Shown in pieces: positions 51,390 through 63,307 of a DNA stretch of 64,000 bases (positions are counted from its first letter, which is position 1; every line of letters begins with the position of its first letter). A model generated the notes under the pieces. It did not search any database and was not told the DNA's origin. It saw nothing but the letters and a program-made list of their open reading frames with translations. The stretch is from Octopus sinensis (lineage: Eukaryota). Both the position numbers and the translations under genes were made by a program. The stretch spans positions 157,108,001 to 157,172,000 of the forward strand of contig NC_042999.1 of assembly GCF_006345805.1 (NCBI RefSeq), in the 5' to 3' direction.

Positions 51390-51957
51390 CCAGTAATTAT
51401 TCGGTAAAGAAATCATTGCTTGTGTCCGAGATTGTGGCTCGTTGACTTTTGTTGTTGTCACTTAAAGCATGAAGAACCCATGCTCCATACTTCTGAACCT
51501 TTCCCATCGAGTGAAGATGCTTCTCTATAGCAGTGTGGGAGCATTCCATTTTGTCTGCCAGTTCCCTCATCGTTTGACGAGAATTTTCAGGCAAAAGTTG
51601 GTTTAATATTCTTCATCGAACTCAACTGAACGGCCAGAACAAGATGCGTCTTTGAGATCAAAATTTCCGTTTTTGAACTTGGCATATCAATCAGGACTGG
51701 TTCTTTCAGCTATGGCACCCTCTCCATACACAGCACAATTGTCACAAGCAGCTTTAGTAGCCTTAGAACCTTGATTATAAGCAAAAAGAAGGTGTTGAAA
51801 ATGCTCGTTTTACTTAACTTGACATTCCATTTTAATGATCTGAAAATAAACAAAAATTAACTAAAATTAACTAGAAAAAAAAAAGATCCTAAAATTTAAA
51901 AACGCAATAAATTCCAAAATTTAAAAAAACAGCGGGAACTTAGTTGCCAACCCAATA
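51390..51957 (-). mobile_element. Mariner remnant (left end + transposase N-terminus)
   Basis: TIR-like TATTGGGTTGGCAACTAAGT; RQTMRELA...GKVQKYGAWV.HAL. Confidence 0.8.
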
Positions 51958-52552
51958 GATAGATAACATATATATATGTGTATGTATGTGAAGGTGTATG
52001 GTCAAGTGGTTAGGGCAGTGAAGAATAAGAATTGGCATCTATATCCAGTGATCGCAGACTTAAAATCAGGTGTGCTGTGTTACCTATTAATACATTTTGG
52101 ATTGCTATTATAGGTGAATACCCCTCAGTAGCTAAAAGAGTTTTATCCATTTTGATGCAGTTTTCCAAATAATATAAATGTGAGAAAGTGAGGGAGAGAC
52201 CGAGATAAAGAAAGAATAAGTGAGTGGTAAAGTGAGAGAGAAACAAAGAGGGAGAATGTGGCAATAAGAAACAGAAAGGAAGCAACAGAAAGTAACAACA
52301 CCCTCACCCGTGCGTAGAGCAGGTCCCCTTAAGCTAGTCTATATATAACTTTATAGTTTATGCTATACTAATATGTATAAAATCCCTTTTGAATAAATTT
52401 TAGAATTTACGTACAAAGTGTACAAAAATATATTGATTTCTTGTAAGCTGTGCCGTGACTAAAAAAAGGTTGGGAACCACTGGGTTAGGGTTTTGTGTGC
52501 TCATGATTGCTAGATCATGGGTTCAATTCCCAGACTAGGTGGTGCATTTTGT

Positions 52553-52946
52553 GGATCTTTTTTGGTTTGAACGGCAGTTTTTTCTATGACCCTAGTATCA
52601 ATCTATGGTATTTCAATCTGTTTTAGGGTTAGTTAGGGTTAGGGTTAGGGTTAGAGTGTGGGGAAGGGTATCTTTTTTTCTTCACATAAACCCAATCTGT
52701 TTCTGAAATGAGGGACATATTCATACGGCACAGAATGATTTTTACCTCAATAGACGTCAGTGATTGGTTGAAATTGCAGAAATTGAAGAAAAAAAAACAA
52801 CAAATATCTTACAAACTATAGAATTTTCTCAATAAAGCCAAGAGAAAAAGATGTTTTATAAACACATTCTGCCAGTATACGAAGTTTAAAATTTTTTAGT
52901 TACCTAGAAATTATGTTAAAAACTGCCGTTCAAACTGAAAAGATTC
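52553..52946. mobile_element. Second copy of Merlin-like MITE, inserted in a decayed SINE
   Basis: Same TIR; TSD CATTTTGT/CATTTTGC. Confidence 0.75.
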
Positions 52947-53150
52947 CATTTTGCTCTTGAGCAAAACACTTCATTTTACATTGTTCTACAATCATTTCAA
53001 CACCTGAAATGTGGCACCCTTGCGCACCTGTACTGGCAATGTCTATTTGATAGAGGGAGTGAGCTTATATACAGCACATATATTTGATCAATGTAAACAA
53101 ATCATTTGTGTAGGTCATTCAGCAAAAACTGTTGACAGGCGATTCCATCA

Positions 53151-53185
<35 letters not shown>

Positions 53186-53424
53186 ATGCCTGCTTGCTTG
53201 TGTGTGTGTGTGTGTGCATGCGTGTTGCAGGATATAAAATTACTCAACATTTCGATCTTTCACCCAATATGTTTCTATTAAGTTTGCACCTAATGTTTCT
53301 CCCCAATTCTTTCATCTCTTTATCAGATACTCCCTCTTCTACCATACTCTCTTCACTGCATTATGACATCTGTATAACTAACAATGACAATGGGTCTGTC
53401 TCTCCTATCCACTGTACTATACTG

Positions 53425-53734
53425 TGGAGGCACATAGCCTAGTGGTTAGAGCAGCGGACTCACGGTCAAGGAATCGCGGGTTCGAATCTCAGACCGGGCG
53501 ATGTGTGTGTTTATGAGCGAAACACCTAAGCTCCACGCAGCTCTGGCAGAAGGTAATGGTGAAACTTCTGCTGACTCCCTCACCACAACTTTCCCTCACT
53601 CTTTCCTCCTGCATCTTGCAGCTCACCTGCGACGGACCGGCGTCCCGTCCAGGTGGGGAACATATACGCCAAGAAACCGGGAAACTGGCCCTTATGAGCC
53701 AGACATGGCTCGAGAAGGAACAACCAACCAACCA
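53425..53734 (+). mobile_element. SINE with C-like head, third tail type, (CAAC)n end
   Basis: Tail gacggaccggcgtcccgtccagg...gaaaccgggaaactggcccttatgagcc; imperfect 14-bp TSD actgtac(t/c)ata(c/t)tg. Confidence 0.8.
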
Positions 53735-53910
53735 ACTGTACCATATTGCTCATGTATCTTGGGATAACTCATTCATCTCTCAAAATACAGTCACTCCCTT
53801 TACTGTAAGACAGTACCCATATAATGAAGACGGGTACTGTACATATCTGCATTCATTCTCCTTGTAACTGTATTTCTTTTGCCCATCATGAAGCATATGT
53901 ATAAGGAGTT

Positions 53911-54127
53911 ACTCTTTTACTTGTTTCAGTCATTTGACTGTGGCCATGCTGGAGCACCGCCTTTAGTCGAGCAAATCGACCCCAGGACTTATTCTTTGTA
54001 AGCCCAGTACTTATTCTATCGGTCTCTTTTGCCGAACCGCTAAGTTACAGAGATGTAAACATACCAGCATCAGTTGTCAAGCAATGCTAGTGGGACAAAC
54101 ACAGACGCACAAACATACATACATACA

Positions 54128-54163
<36 letters not shown>

Positions 54164-54399
54164 TAAAAACAGTAAGAAAACAAAAGAAAGAAAGGGACCT
54201 CAATATTATGTAAATAGAGGAAATTTATCTGTAAAATAATATGTGACAATTATTCAATAGCCAAGATAAAACTCTGAGTTTCAGATCCCGAGATGGAAAT
54301 CCACAACACCATCTCTTTGGTTATCTGGTCAGATTTCCACCTCGGTATCTGAAACTCAGAGTTTTATCTTGGCTATTGAATAATTGTCACATATTATTT

Positions 54400-54442
<43 letters not shown>

Positions 54443-54604
54443 TTACAACGGGCTTCTTTCAGTTTCCGTCTCCCAAATCCACTCACAAGGCTTTGGTTGG
54501 CCTGAGGCTATAGTAGAAGACACTTGCCCAAGGTGCCACGCAGTGGGACTGAACCCGGAACCATGTGGTTCGTAAGCAAGCTACTTACCACACAGCCACT
54601 CCTA
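53911..54604 (-). mobile_element. SINE family B split by foldback insertion
   Basis: 3' half 53911-54110, 5' half 54445-54604. Confidence 0.85.
54160..54402. mobile_element. Asymmetric foldback element in (TA)n (copy 2), inserted inside a SINE
   Basis: Same sequence as 1529-1810 with a different hairpin centre; lies in the internal (TA)n of the SINE at 53911-54604. Confidence 0.75.
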
Positions 54605-55234
54605 CATTGTATAGGATGTTTTGTATTCAATACACTCTACTATCACCCTTTATGTTCTTTTATCGTTTTTTTCACCTGACCATTCCTTATTGGTATTCAT
54701 CAGCTTTCTTTTACCCTCATCCTCCTCAGTACCTTTCTATCCCTTTCCTCTCTTTCTCTCCCCCTCTACTTCTATCTCTTCTCAATCACTTTGTTTCTCT
54801 CATCATGCTCTTCATTCTTACACCAATTCATCTTAGTTGTTTTGTAATTGATCTCTTTTCTATTCACCTTTACGGTCATGACACCCTGAATGAATGGGTG
54901 CACAATAATGTAATGAGGACTCTAATCTTACAGGGTACAACACTACCTCACTAGCACTGGTTCTATGATAAAATGCACCCTGTACACTCTGTAAAGGGGT
55001 TGGCAAACGAACAGAAACAATGTAGGATCAAAGGAACCCTTAATTCTTGATGAAGGTGTGACAACCTCTACTGCACTGCACTATCTACTATCTACTGCAC
55101 TATCAAATATTCCCAATATGCTATTTTGAATGATTGGTAAGAAAGAGAGCATCTAAGTGAAGAAACATTACTAAAAAATGAGAGCTACAAGTGAGACATG
55201 CTCCTACAACCCATCTAAGAGAGAAGTAGTCTTT

Positions 55235-55619
55235 ACTAGCAGTATCGCCCGGCGTTGCTCAGGTTTGTAAGGGAAATAACTATAAAGCATTTTTAGAGAG
55301 TGATAGCCAAAAAATAGCAAAAAAATGGAAAAAAATGATGGTAAATTTTTTTTTGAGATTTAAAAAAGGTGGAGTTGCGTCCCCTAGACAGTTTGTGGTT
55401 CGTGTTTCTGATTCTCGACCCCATGTCGAATTTATCGATTTTTTCAGAACTGGGGGAACTTTTCAAAATTTTCGCTGCGTTAGTTTTGAATTATGACATT
55501 GGGCTATGTGTGTGTCAAGTTTCATCAGAATCGGTTGAAAGCCGTGGTCAGGGTGAGGGTACAAGCAAACAGACACACAGAAACACGCACAGACAAACTG
55601 CCATTTATATATAGAGAGA
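55235..55619 (-). mobile_element. Helitron-like element, family H1
   Basis: Reverse complement of 41343-41727. Confidence 0.7.
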
Positions 55620-56011
55620 TATATAAAAGTGAAGCTGTGTGTCTGTCTCCTACGATTTAGATTCCTAACTACTCCCACATTTTGCGGTACAGTTTAACCA
55701 AAACCGGGTATCTTATAGTCATGATTCATATCGAGCCCTTCTGGGTATTAGCGTGCGTCTATGATGAGTCTACGATTTAAAAAAAAATTTACCATCATTT
55801 TTTTCCATTTTAATGCATTTTTTGCTATTATATAAGGGAAGTAACTCTCTAAAAATGTATTATTAAATCTCAGAACGTAAAAAGCTACAGTAACACCCCC
55901 CCCCCTTTGTGGTTAGCCATATTGAGATGGCTATTATACTTTACGTCTCTAAAAATGCTTATATAGTTATTTCCCTTACAAACCTGAGGAACGCTGGGGG
56001 ATACTGCTAGT
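55619..56011 (+). mobile_element. Helitron-like element, family H2
   Basis: Reverse complement of 42262-42652; ends gatactgCTAGt. Confidence 0.7.
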
Positions 56012-56239
56012 TGTGAATAAGAAATGATTGAACTGTGATGACCTGTGTCACCTATGCTAACATGAAAAGCAGATATAAAAATGAGGAGCTAGAAGAGCTA
56101 GGATTCATATACACACACATGCATACACACGCATGCACACACGCACACATTTATTTTGCATATTCATATACAAAATAATATTTGTTAAAAATATTTGCTA
56201 TAGAATAAAATAATATTGTTTCTCTTTTTTACTTAACAG

Positions 56240-56297
56240 AATTGGTTTGAGATCAATACCACAATGTCAAGCTGAAATCCTCTTTAATCAAAATTTA
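56240..56297 (+). CDS. Coding exon 4 (58 nt) of MH2-only gene
   Basis: tttctctttttacttaacag| ... |gtaagt. 1+57 nt, phase 2 to phase 0; (K)IGLRSIPQCQAEILFNQNL. Confidence 0.75.
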
Positions 56298-56447
56298 GTA
56301 AGTTATTTATTTTATTTAAAGTACATATTTTCTCATTTAATTTTAAAAACATGCTCAGTGAAATATGTTCTGCATATATAACATTGAAAATTTAAATTTA
56401 TGTTGCAAATTGTTTCACTAAAATATTCAACAAAATAGTATTTACTT

Positions 56448-56600
56448 TAGTCAAGCAAATCGCTCCCAGGACTTATTCTTTGTAAGCCCAGTACTTATTC
56501 TATCGGTCTCTTTTGCCGAACCGCTAAGTTACGGAGATGTAAACACACCAGCATCGGTTGTCAAGCGATGTTGGGGGGACAAACACAGACACACAAACAA
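56448..56600 (-). mobile_element. SINE family B (3'-half fragment)
   Basis: Partial homology. Confidence 0.75.
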
Positions 56601-56613
56601 ACATACATACATG

Positions 56614-56664
<51 letters not shown>

Positions 56665-56667
<3 letters not shown>

Positions 56668-57022
56668 TTAAATTAGAGATAAAACCACTATTAGGCAAAT
56701 CAAACAATGAAAACCATAAACCAAAACATAAAAATGAAAATAATTAATAAAATATATAAAATATAAAATTTAAAATTAAAATTATTAATTTATATTTATA
56801 AATTTTTATTTTTTTATTTAAAAAAAATTTTTTTTTTAATTTATTTATTTATTTATTTTTTATATTAAATATATATAACTATCAAAAAGTATTAAAAAGT
56901 TTAATATAAGATAAAAAGTAAAACCAATATGTATGTTTCATGGCCATAACCTAATTTGAATTACAATAATTTGAATTCAATTAATAATTCGAATTATGGT
57001 TATAGTCAATCTTCAGGTTAAA
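56665..57022 (-). mobile_element. Decayed relative of the 50.2 kb hammerhead-bearing element
   Basis: taacctgaaga-ttgactataacc...ggttatggccat-gaaac on - strand; TA-repeat flanks. Confidence 0.5.
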
Positions 57023-57032
57023 TATATATAAA

Positions 57033-57165
57033 CTGTGTGGTAAGTAGCTTGCTTATGAACCACATGGTTCTGGGTTCAGTCCCACTGTGTGGCACCTTGG
57101 CAAGTGCTTATTATTATATATGTTTGTGTCTGTGTTTGTCGCCCCAACATCACTTGACAACCGAT
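57033..57165 (+). mobile_element. SINE family B (internally deleted)
   Basis: Head joined to start of 3' half. Confidence 0.7.
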
Positions 57166-57432
57166 TATGATTTTACATTATGCAGTATTTTTGTACATAC
57201 ATGAGAATGATGGTGAGACAGGAACATGTTTATTATACTATACATAAATATATAGAGTGTGAATGAATTGAAATACAAAGCTTGAGAGGCAGAGAATAGT
57301 AGAGAGAAGGAGTGAAGAAGGTGATAAAGTGTGGCTTAGGTAAAACATACATACAAACACATTACATGTATGAGTGTATGTGTGTGTAGAGAGAGAGAGT
57401 CCAAAATATGTATACACACTTTAATTGCAGAC

Positions 57433-57650
57433 ATCATCATCATCATTGTTTAATGTCCGCTTTCCATGCTAGCATGTGTTGGACGATTTTGACTGAGAGC
57501 TAGTGAACCAGATGATTGTACCAGGCTCCAATCTTGATTTGGCAAAGTTTCTATAGAGCTGGATGCCCTTCCTAATGCCAACCACTCCGAGAGTTTTGTG
57601 GGTGCTTTTTATGTGCCACCGGCATGGGGGCCAGTCAGGCAGTACTGGCA
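57433..57650 (-). mobile_element. RTE 3' UTR copy
   Basis: Same tail motif. Confidence 0.8.
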
Positions 57651-58432
57651 TCTCACTTAATTTTCATTTCCTTTTAGTTTTAGTCCAGGGCTGGCCAACT
57701 TGAGGCCTGCTTTTATCTTGAGGCCCACTTGATACTTTCTTGAAGTATTGTGTTTAATTTCAAAATAAAATTGTTTGTGTAAAACATTTGTTTCAAAATA
57801 AATTTAAAATTTATAAGTGGCAAGAAAGCAATAGCCAGCCTACAATTTTATAAATTTAAGCGAACAAAAAGTATGAAAATTCTTGATTCTGTAATTTGAT
57901 TATTTGACTATTACTGCATAAAGTATACAAGTGGCTCTCAAAAAACATTCTGTGATTAAAGTGGCCTGCAATGAAATTCGAGTTGACCAGGCCTGATTTA
58001 ACCCATTAGAGATAATGAAAGGAGACAGACTAAGCTTAGGTCAAAGGAGACTTATTTGAAAATGCAATAATGTGCAAAGGCAGTTTAGGAGAGAGTTTCA
58101 AACAGATCCATGCCAATTATAGATAACTTTAAAGTGGACGGAACAGTTCAGAATGTTCAAAAGAAACATTATGGTAAACTGCAGACAAAATGCCCTCAAT
58201 GCGCTTAACCTAATACATGATGTTATCACTGGCTTGGTCTTGGTGTGCCATTAGATGATAGAATTTCTTAGACTGCATAGCTGGACAGGAAGTTGGTGGC
58301 ATCAAAATGTTTGGGGCTGGAGGAAGCAAGGCCAGTGAATGTGTATATTAACCAGATCATGAATGGATGAGGATGTGGGTGTGTCATGCATCTAGTATAT
58401 ACCCACTCACACACTTACCAGCCTTGCTTCTG

Positions 58433-58880
58433 CTAATCACTAGACACTTGGATGCCACCAGCTTCTTGTCCAGCTATGCTATCTAAGGAATACTCCTGTC
58501 CGATGGAACTGCTGTTGCTGTTGAGTGAAGCGGTCTTCGTCCTGTAGTGGGAGAAATCTGAAACGTGGTCCTTTGCTATTCGTAAGACCCGCAGAAGAGA
58601 AAGCAGGTCAACCCCCGACACCGAGAGCATCGATGGATGGATGAATGCGCATCCAGGCTCAGCGGTTGCGTAGGAAGTTGGAGACAAGAAACAAGAAGAA
58701 AGAGTGAGAGAAAGTTGGAGTGAAAGAGTACAACAGGGCTCGCCACCACCCCCTGCCGGAGCCACGTGGAGCTTTAGGTGTTTTTGCTCTATAAACACAC
58801 TCAACGCCTGGTCTGGGAATCGAAACTGCGATTCTCTGACCACAAGTCTGCTGCCCTAACCACTGGGCTATTGCGCCTCC
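58433..58880 (-). mobile_element. SINE with family-C head and a fourth, longer tail
   Basis: Head at 58700-58880; 3' boundary uncertain. Confidence 0.65.
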
Positions 58881-59272
58881 TGCTGTTGCTGAATCAGTGA
58901 TCTTATACTGACAACATCATGTGACCTGCCTTGACCAATGGCAGCCCATTTTCCAGCAGCCATCTTGAACTCCTTGTGCCCCTCTCCAATCAGTCATGGA
59001 GCCTGAATGAAAGGGTTTGAGCCTGAATGAGAAGGTTTTCTGCATGAAACCATATATCATATATCATAACGGGTACATATCATCATAACAAACTAAAAAT
59101 ATTGAATAAGAAAGAAACTTGAAAAAACTGAGAAGCATATAGAAAACGCAGAAGGTAGAAAACGGAAAACAAAAACAACAAAAACTAAAATGCCTGAGGA
59201 ATATCTTTGAGATATTTCTCAACATATGAAACTATTAGTAGCACTTAAAGACATGTATTGTGTCCTTTAGAT

Positions 59273-59700
59273 CATCATCATCATTATCATCATCATTTAA
59301 CATCCGCTTTCCATGCTAGCATGGGTTGGACAATTTGACTGAGGTCTGGCGAACCAGACTCCAATCTGATATGGCAGAGTTTCTACAGCTGGATGCCCTT
59401 CCTAATGCCAACCACTCCGAGAGTGTAGTGGGTTCTTTTACGTGCCACCAGCGCAAGGGCGAGTTTGGTGGTACTAGCAACAGCCACACCCAAATGGTGC
59501 TTTTTACATGCCACCTGCACAGGGGGCAGTCCAGCGGCACTGGTGACAACCTCGCTCAAATATTTCACATGCCACCAGCACAAGTGCTAGTAAGGCAACG
59601 CGGTAATGATCCCACTTGAATGGTGTGCTTAACATGCCATTGGCACGGAGGCCAGCTTGTTGCTCTGGCAACAATCTCACTCGTATGGTACTCTTAGCGC
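59273..59700 (-). mobile_element. RTE 3' UTR copy with ~4 diverged subunits
   Basis: Repeated acatgccac units behind the shared tail. Confidence 0.8.
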
Positions 59701-60529
59701 TCCACTAGCAACGGATGCCAATAAACCAATATGTATATAAGCTAATATGAGCAAAAATGGAGATAATCACATCTTTAACTAATAATTACACTATACATTC
59801 CCAACAAATGTTTCTATTGTGCCAGCATATCTAGATATAGAAAAAAGGGACAAAATATCAGTCAAACAAATAGATCTGAAAATTTATGCTAACACAATGT
59901 TATCAAGGTAACCCAAAACAGGTTAAGTTCAAAGTGTTATCGTTAGGCCTAACTCATCGTAAAGTCAATACCACCATGACCGATATCCAGTCTACAGTGG
60001 AGAAGGCTAGCCACTGGATTTGGTTAAAAAGAAATGATGAGCGATGGCTAGAAGGATATTGAGCTTTATTTGATAACCAGCTGAACTAGCAAGCGGGGCC
60101 TCCTATCAGTGAGGGGGGCCGGCATGCATTCTCTCCTGATGACCCCATGCACTTGCTGGCTTCCGGTTTGCAGAGATTTTGACTGGTAGCACTTGCGTGT
60201 GCAAGTTGTTTGCAAGACATATGAATGCATGCAAAAAGAATATCAAGAAGAAATATAATATGCTGCAAAAAAAAAACAGCTTTTTATTTGAATTTATGAT
60301 GATGTCAGTAGATAACAAGAGAGTAGAAAATAAACTTTGAAATTCTATATCATGATGTTTAGTTATCTTCCTATTAATATATGCTCCAAAAATTAGAAAA
60401 ATTATGCTTATTAGATTATAAGAAAAGCAATAGTAATTAAGGTGTTATTTACTATTGAAATATTTAAATGCTTTGCTATATTTATGGGAACATTTCAACA
60501 TAAGACTGGTTCTACAATATGATAATATA

Positions 60530-60640
60530 TACATATACACAGAGGAATGGCAAGGAGCCAAACCCTTCTGCCATATATATGACCTTCCAGTAGTAACCGT
60601 CTCCAGGGAGGGGTTGGCTACAGTCTCCTCCAGCTTCACA
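60530..60640 (-). mobile_element. Small maT-like transposase fragment
   Basis: LEETVANPSLETVTTGRSYIWQKGLAPCH resembles the KPW..GRPYVWQQDSAPCH motif. Confidence 0.5.
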
Positions 60641-60771
60641 TTGCTATCTGAACTGAACTTAAGGCATTGTTCAAAGATGTGGGGGTGAATTCCAGCATGC
60701 AGACACAGTCAGAACACCTGCTGTGCCCTTTCCAAGACTTCATAGTCCCCATGGATTGAAAAGTGATGAAC

Positions 60772-61176
60772 AGGCGTAGGAGTGGCTGTGTGGTAAGTAG
60801 CTTGTTTACCAACAACATGATTCTGGGTTCAGTCCCACTGCATGCCACTCTGGGCAAGTGTCTTCTGTTATAGCCTCAGGTCGACCAAAGCCTTGTGAGT
60901 GGATTTGGTAGATGGAAACTGAAAGCCTGACGTATATAAGTATATATATATATGTGTGTGTATATGTTTGTGTGTCTGTGTTTGTCCTCCCAACATCGCT
61001 TGACAACCTATGTTGGTGTATTTACGTCACCGTAATCTAGCAGTTTGGCAAAAGAGACTGATAGAAAAAATACTGAGCTTGCAAAGAATAAGTCCTGGAG
61101 TCAATTTGCTCGACTAAAGACGATGCTCCAGCATGGCCGCAGTCAAGTGACTAAAACAAGTAAAAGAGTAAAAGAG
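60772..61176 (+). mobile_element. SINE family B
   Basis: Full-length homology. Confidence 0.85.
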
Positions 61177-61646
61177 ACTTAAATGATTTTCAACCTTTAT
61201 TGGGGCCATCAGAGATGTCTATATTACTTGACTAATTCCAGAAAAACAAATAGCCAATCCATTTATATATTCCATGTAATGATGTGGAACATTGTATTCT
61301 GTATCATTTGTAGAATGATTATTTGTTCCATGAAGTAACTAAATATTGTTCAAAAATTTTGACATGGTTCATGTGATTACATTTTGAATTCTGAAATTCA
61401 AAGTCAAATATGAGTTCTAGTATGTTTTTGTGTATATGTTTAAAATAACTTTTTTGTTAATGTAAATTATAAATTCAGTCTTCTGTAGGATCTGGAATGA
61501 AAATTTAAATGTTGTTTTCTCTATAAATGGCGGTGCCCCAGCATGGCCACAGCTTGTGAGCTGAAACTAAAATAAAATAAAAAAATAAAAAATAAAAATA
61601 TACTAGGCTTTAAGTTACTTTTTGTGTACTAATTCTGACTTGTAGA

Positions 61647-62061
61647 TACTCTTTACCCTTTTACTCTTTTACTTGTTTCAGTCATTTGACTGTGGCCGTG
61701 CTGGAGCACCACCTTTAGTCAAGCAAATCGACCCCAGGTCTTATTCTTTGTAAGCCCAGTACTTATTCTATCGGTCTCTCTTGCCAAACCGCTAAGTTAC
61801 GGGGACGTAAACACACCAGCACTGGTTGTCAAGCGATGCTGGGGGGACAAGCACAGACACACAAACACACACACACACACACATATACATATATACGACG
61901 GGCTTCTTTCAGTTTCCATCTACCAAATCCACTCACAAGGCTTTGGTCATTGCAAAGCTATAGTAGAAGACACTTGCCCAAGGTGCCACACAGTGGGACT
62001 GAACCCAGAACTATGTGGTTGGTAAGCAAGCTACTTACCACACAGCCACTCCTGCGCCTAT
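61647..62061 (-). mobile_element. SINE family B
   Basis: Full-length homology. Confidence 0.85.
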
Positions 62062-62327
62062 ATATAGAACTTTCTTCTGATATATGAATATGATAAGCAT
62101 ATTGTAATGTTTTTCTATTACACTCTTTTTTTTATTCTGCAAATATCTAGGGGTCATCATTGTTGTTATTGTAGACAACATCATTACCTTCAGTTTTATT
62201 ATCAGTTACTAATTCCCTGATTGAATTTTAATACTCTTTACTTCTTTTATAATTACAATTTCTTCAAACGGTTTCCTTAGATGAAAAGGAAGTAGTATAT
62301 TCTAAAGAGCTCATCCATTCTAACCTA

Positions 62328-62717
62328 TACTTTTACTCTTTTCGTTGTTTCAGTCATTTGACTGTGGCCATGCTGGAGCACCGCCTTTAGTCGAGCAAAT
62401 CGACCCCGGGACTTATTCTTTGTAAGCCCAGTACTTATTCTATCGGTCTCTTTTGCTGAACCGCTAAGTGACGGGGACGTAAACACACCAGCATCAGTTG
62501 TCAAGCAATGCTAGAGGGACAAACACAGACACACAAACATATACATATATACATATATACAACAGGCTTCTTTCAGTTTCCGTCTAACAAATCCACTCAC
62601 AAGGCTTTGGTCGGCCCGAGGCTATAGCAGAAGACATTTGCCCAAGATGCCACGCAGTGGGACTGAACCCAGAACCATGTGGCTGGTTAGCAAGCTACTT
62701 ACCACACAGCCACTCCT
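62328..62717 (-). mobile_element. SINE family B (head continues at 62985-62992 after insertion)
   Basis: Full-length homology. Confidence 0.85.
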
Positions 62718-62978
62718 GGGGTAGAAAGAGCTCCTTAGCCGTAGTGAAGGCAATCTATCTAGGGAGATAACCTTACAATAAATCACTCGGTCCGTAGCTT
62801 AGAAATACTGGGTTGACGTCCAACGGGAACAGCTTTGTTTCATGGAGGAGGAAAGATCTTCTTTAGTACTTGGTTGTACAATGCTTTCCAATGTGTGTAG
62901 TAGTGGCGCACACACACATTATTAGCCATTTGAAAAGACTATGAAAGTTTCGACCACGGTCGAACAATGATGATGATG
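62718..62978 (+). mobile_element. Short RTE-tailed non-autonomous element with ACTCCT target-site duplication
   Basis: Same tail (cgaccacggtcgaacaatgatgatg) as LINE at 22671; ACTCCT at 62712-62717 and 62979-62984; splits a SINE head. Confidence 0.75.
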
Positions 62979-63076
62979 ACTCCTGCGCCTATATGAAATA
63001 AAAATTTAGAAATAAAAATTTAATACAATTACAGAAGCAGTATTTTCTTATATTTATCTGGAATTTTGTTTTTCAG

Positions 63077-63238
63077 CAAGTTATTCTGACTCAAGATGAA
63101 AAGGGCAGCATTTATTTGATCAACAACAGCAATTTCTCTGTATTTATTAAAGATTATTTGGACATGAAACAGCCATACTTCTCGCAAGAAGTTATTGAAC
63201 AGCGAGGAGTTATTTTCGGCCAAGGAAAACCAATTAAA
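63077..63238 (+). CDS. Coding exon 5 (162 nt) of MH2-only gene; gene continues beyond window
   Basis: attttgtttttcag| ... |gtaaga. 54 open codons QVILTQDEKGSIYLINNSNFSVFIKDYLDMKQPYFSQEVIEQRGVIFGQGKPIK, aligning by eye to MH2 strands (Smad4 [25 protein letters not shown]...IKVF). Confidence 0.8.
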
Positions 63239-63307
63239 GTAAGACTAAAATACTTTAGTAAATATCATCTTTGTGGTTCACATTTGCACTGAGACTGTAA
63301 ACTAGTT

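Noticed and set aside
57686-57995. hAT-like MITE (CAGGGCTGGCCAACT ... AGTTGACCAGGCCTG)
   Set aside because: TIR is imperfect and there is no 8-bp TSD; plausible but not supportable.
42036-63238. FHA-domain or IRF (IAD) assignment for the host protein
   Set aside because: Lacks the FHA G-R and S-x2-H motifs and any IRF tryptophan-repeat N-terminus; the motif pattern fits MH2 better. The gene symbol is left blank because orthology is unverified.
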